DNA of 64,000 nt, taken from positions 123,777,031 through 123,841,030 of the forward strand of contig NC_052155.1 of assembly GCF_902713615.1 (NCBI RefSeq), written 5' to 3'. Positions within the stretch are counted from its first letter, which is position 1. Each line of letters opens with the position of its first letter. A program made the translations under genes and the position numbers. Under the pieces are notes generated by a model, which was not told the origin of the DNA, made no database searches, and saw only the letters and a program-made list of their open reading frames with translations. Below, in pieces: positions 63,549 to 64,000 of this stretch. This stretch comes from Scyliorhinus canicula (Eukaryota).

Positions 63549-64000
63549 GTATATCTGGATTTCCAGAAAGCCTTTGACAAGGTGCCACACAAAAGGTTGC
63601 TGCATAAGATAAAGATGCATGGCATTAAGGGTAAAGTAGTAGCATGGATAGAGGATTGGTTAATTAATAGAAAGCAAAGAGTTGGGATTAATGGGTGTTT
63701 CTCTGGTTGGCAATCAGTAGATAGTGGTGTCCCTCAGGGATCCGTGTTGAGCCCACAATTGTTCACAATTTACATAGATGATTTGGAGTTGGGGACCAAG
63801 GGCAATGTGTCCAAGTTTGCAGATGACACTAAGATGAGTGGTAAAGCGAAAAGTGCAGAGGATACTGGAAGTTTGCAGAGGGATTTGGCTAGGTTAAGTG
63901 AATGGGCTAGGGTCTGGCAGATGGAATACAATGTTGACAAATGTGAGGATATCCATTTTGGTAGGAATAACAGCAAACGGGATTATTATTTAAACGATAA
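63543..64000 (+). mobile_element. Young CR1 RT fragment, frame open to the window end
   Basis: DVVYLDFQKAFDKVPHKRLL...SGVPQGSVLSPQLFTIYIDDL...KFADDTKM...WQMEYNVDKC. Confidence 0.92.

Overview
Vertebrate genomic DNA, most likely a cartilaginous fish. The V-SINE/HE1-type SINEs, CR1, L1, Rex1/Babar and Penelope families look catshark-like (inference, no search run). The window lies inside one + strand gene, ZBTB10. Two coding exons are visible: a 973-nt BTB/POZ exon (39982-40954) and a 69-nt symmetric exon (47733-47801). The first exon and the C2H2 zinc-finger exons were not found and presumably lie outside the window. Most of the rest is intronic, heavily nested transposon debris. Four observations stand out. 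(1) A young Neptune-type Penelope-like retroelement (61437-62709) carries an open GIY-YIG frame, a 220-bp inverted pseudo-LTR pair and two minimal hammerhead ribozyme motifs that differ only at the cleavage nucleotide. (2) A perfect NF-kB palindrome abuts a perfect C/EBP palindrome about 1.07 kb upstream of the BTB exon. (3) Inverted SINE pairs bracket the small frame-preserving exon. (4) A GC-rich hairpin MITE-like element carries adjacent NRF1 and CRE motifs. I found no convincing wholly new multi-gene system, and no CRISPR, rRNA or bona fide tRNA genes. Repeat boundaries are approximate unless termini or TSDs are stated.
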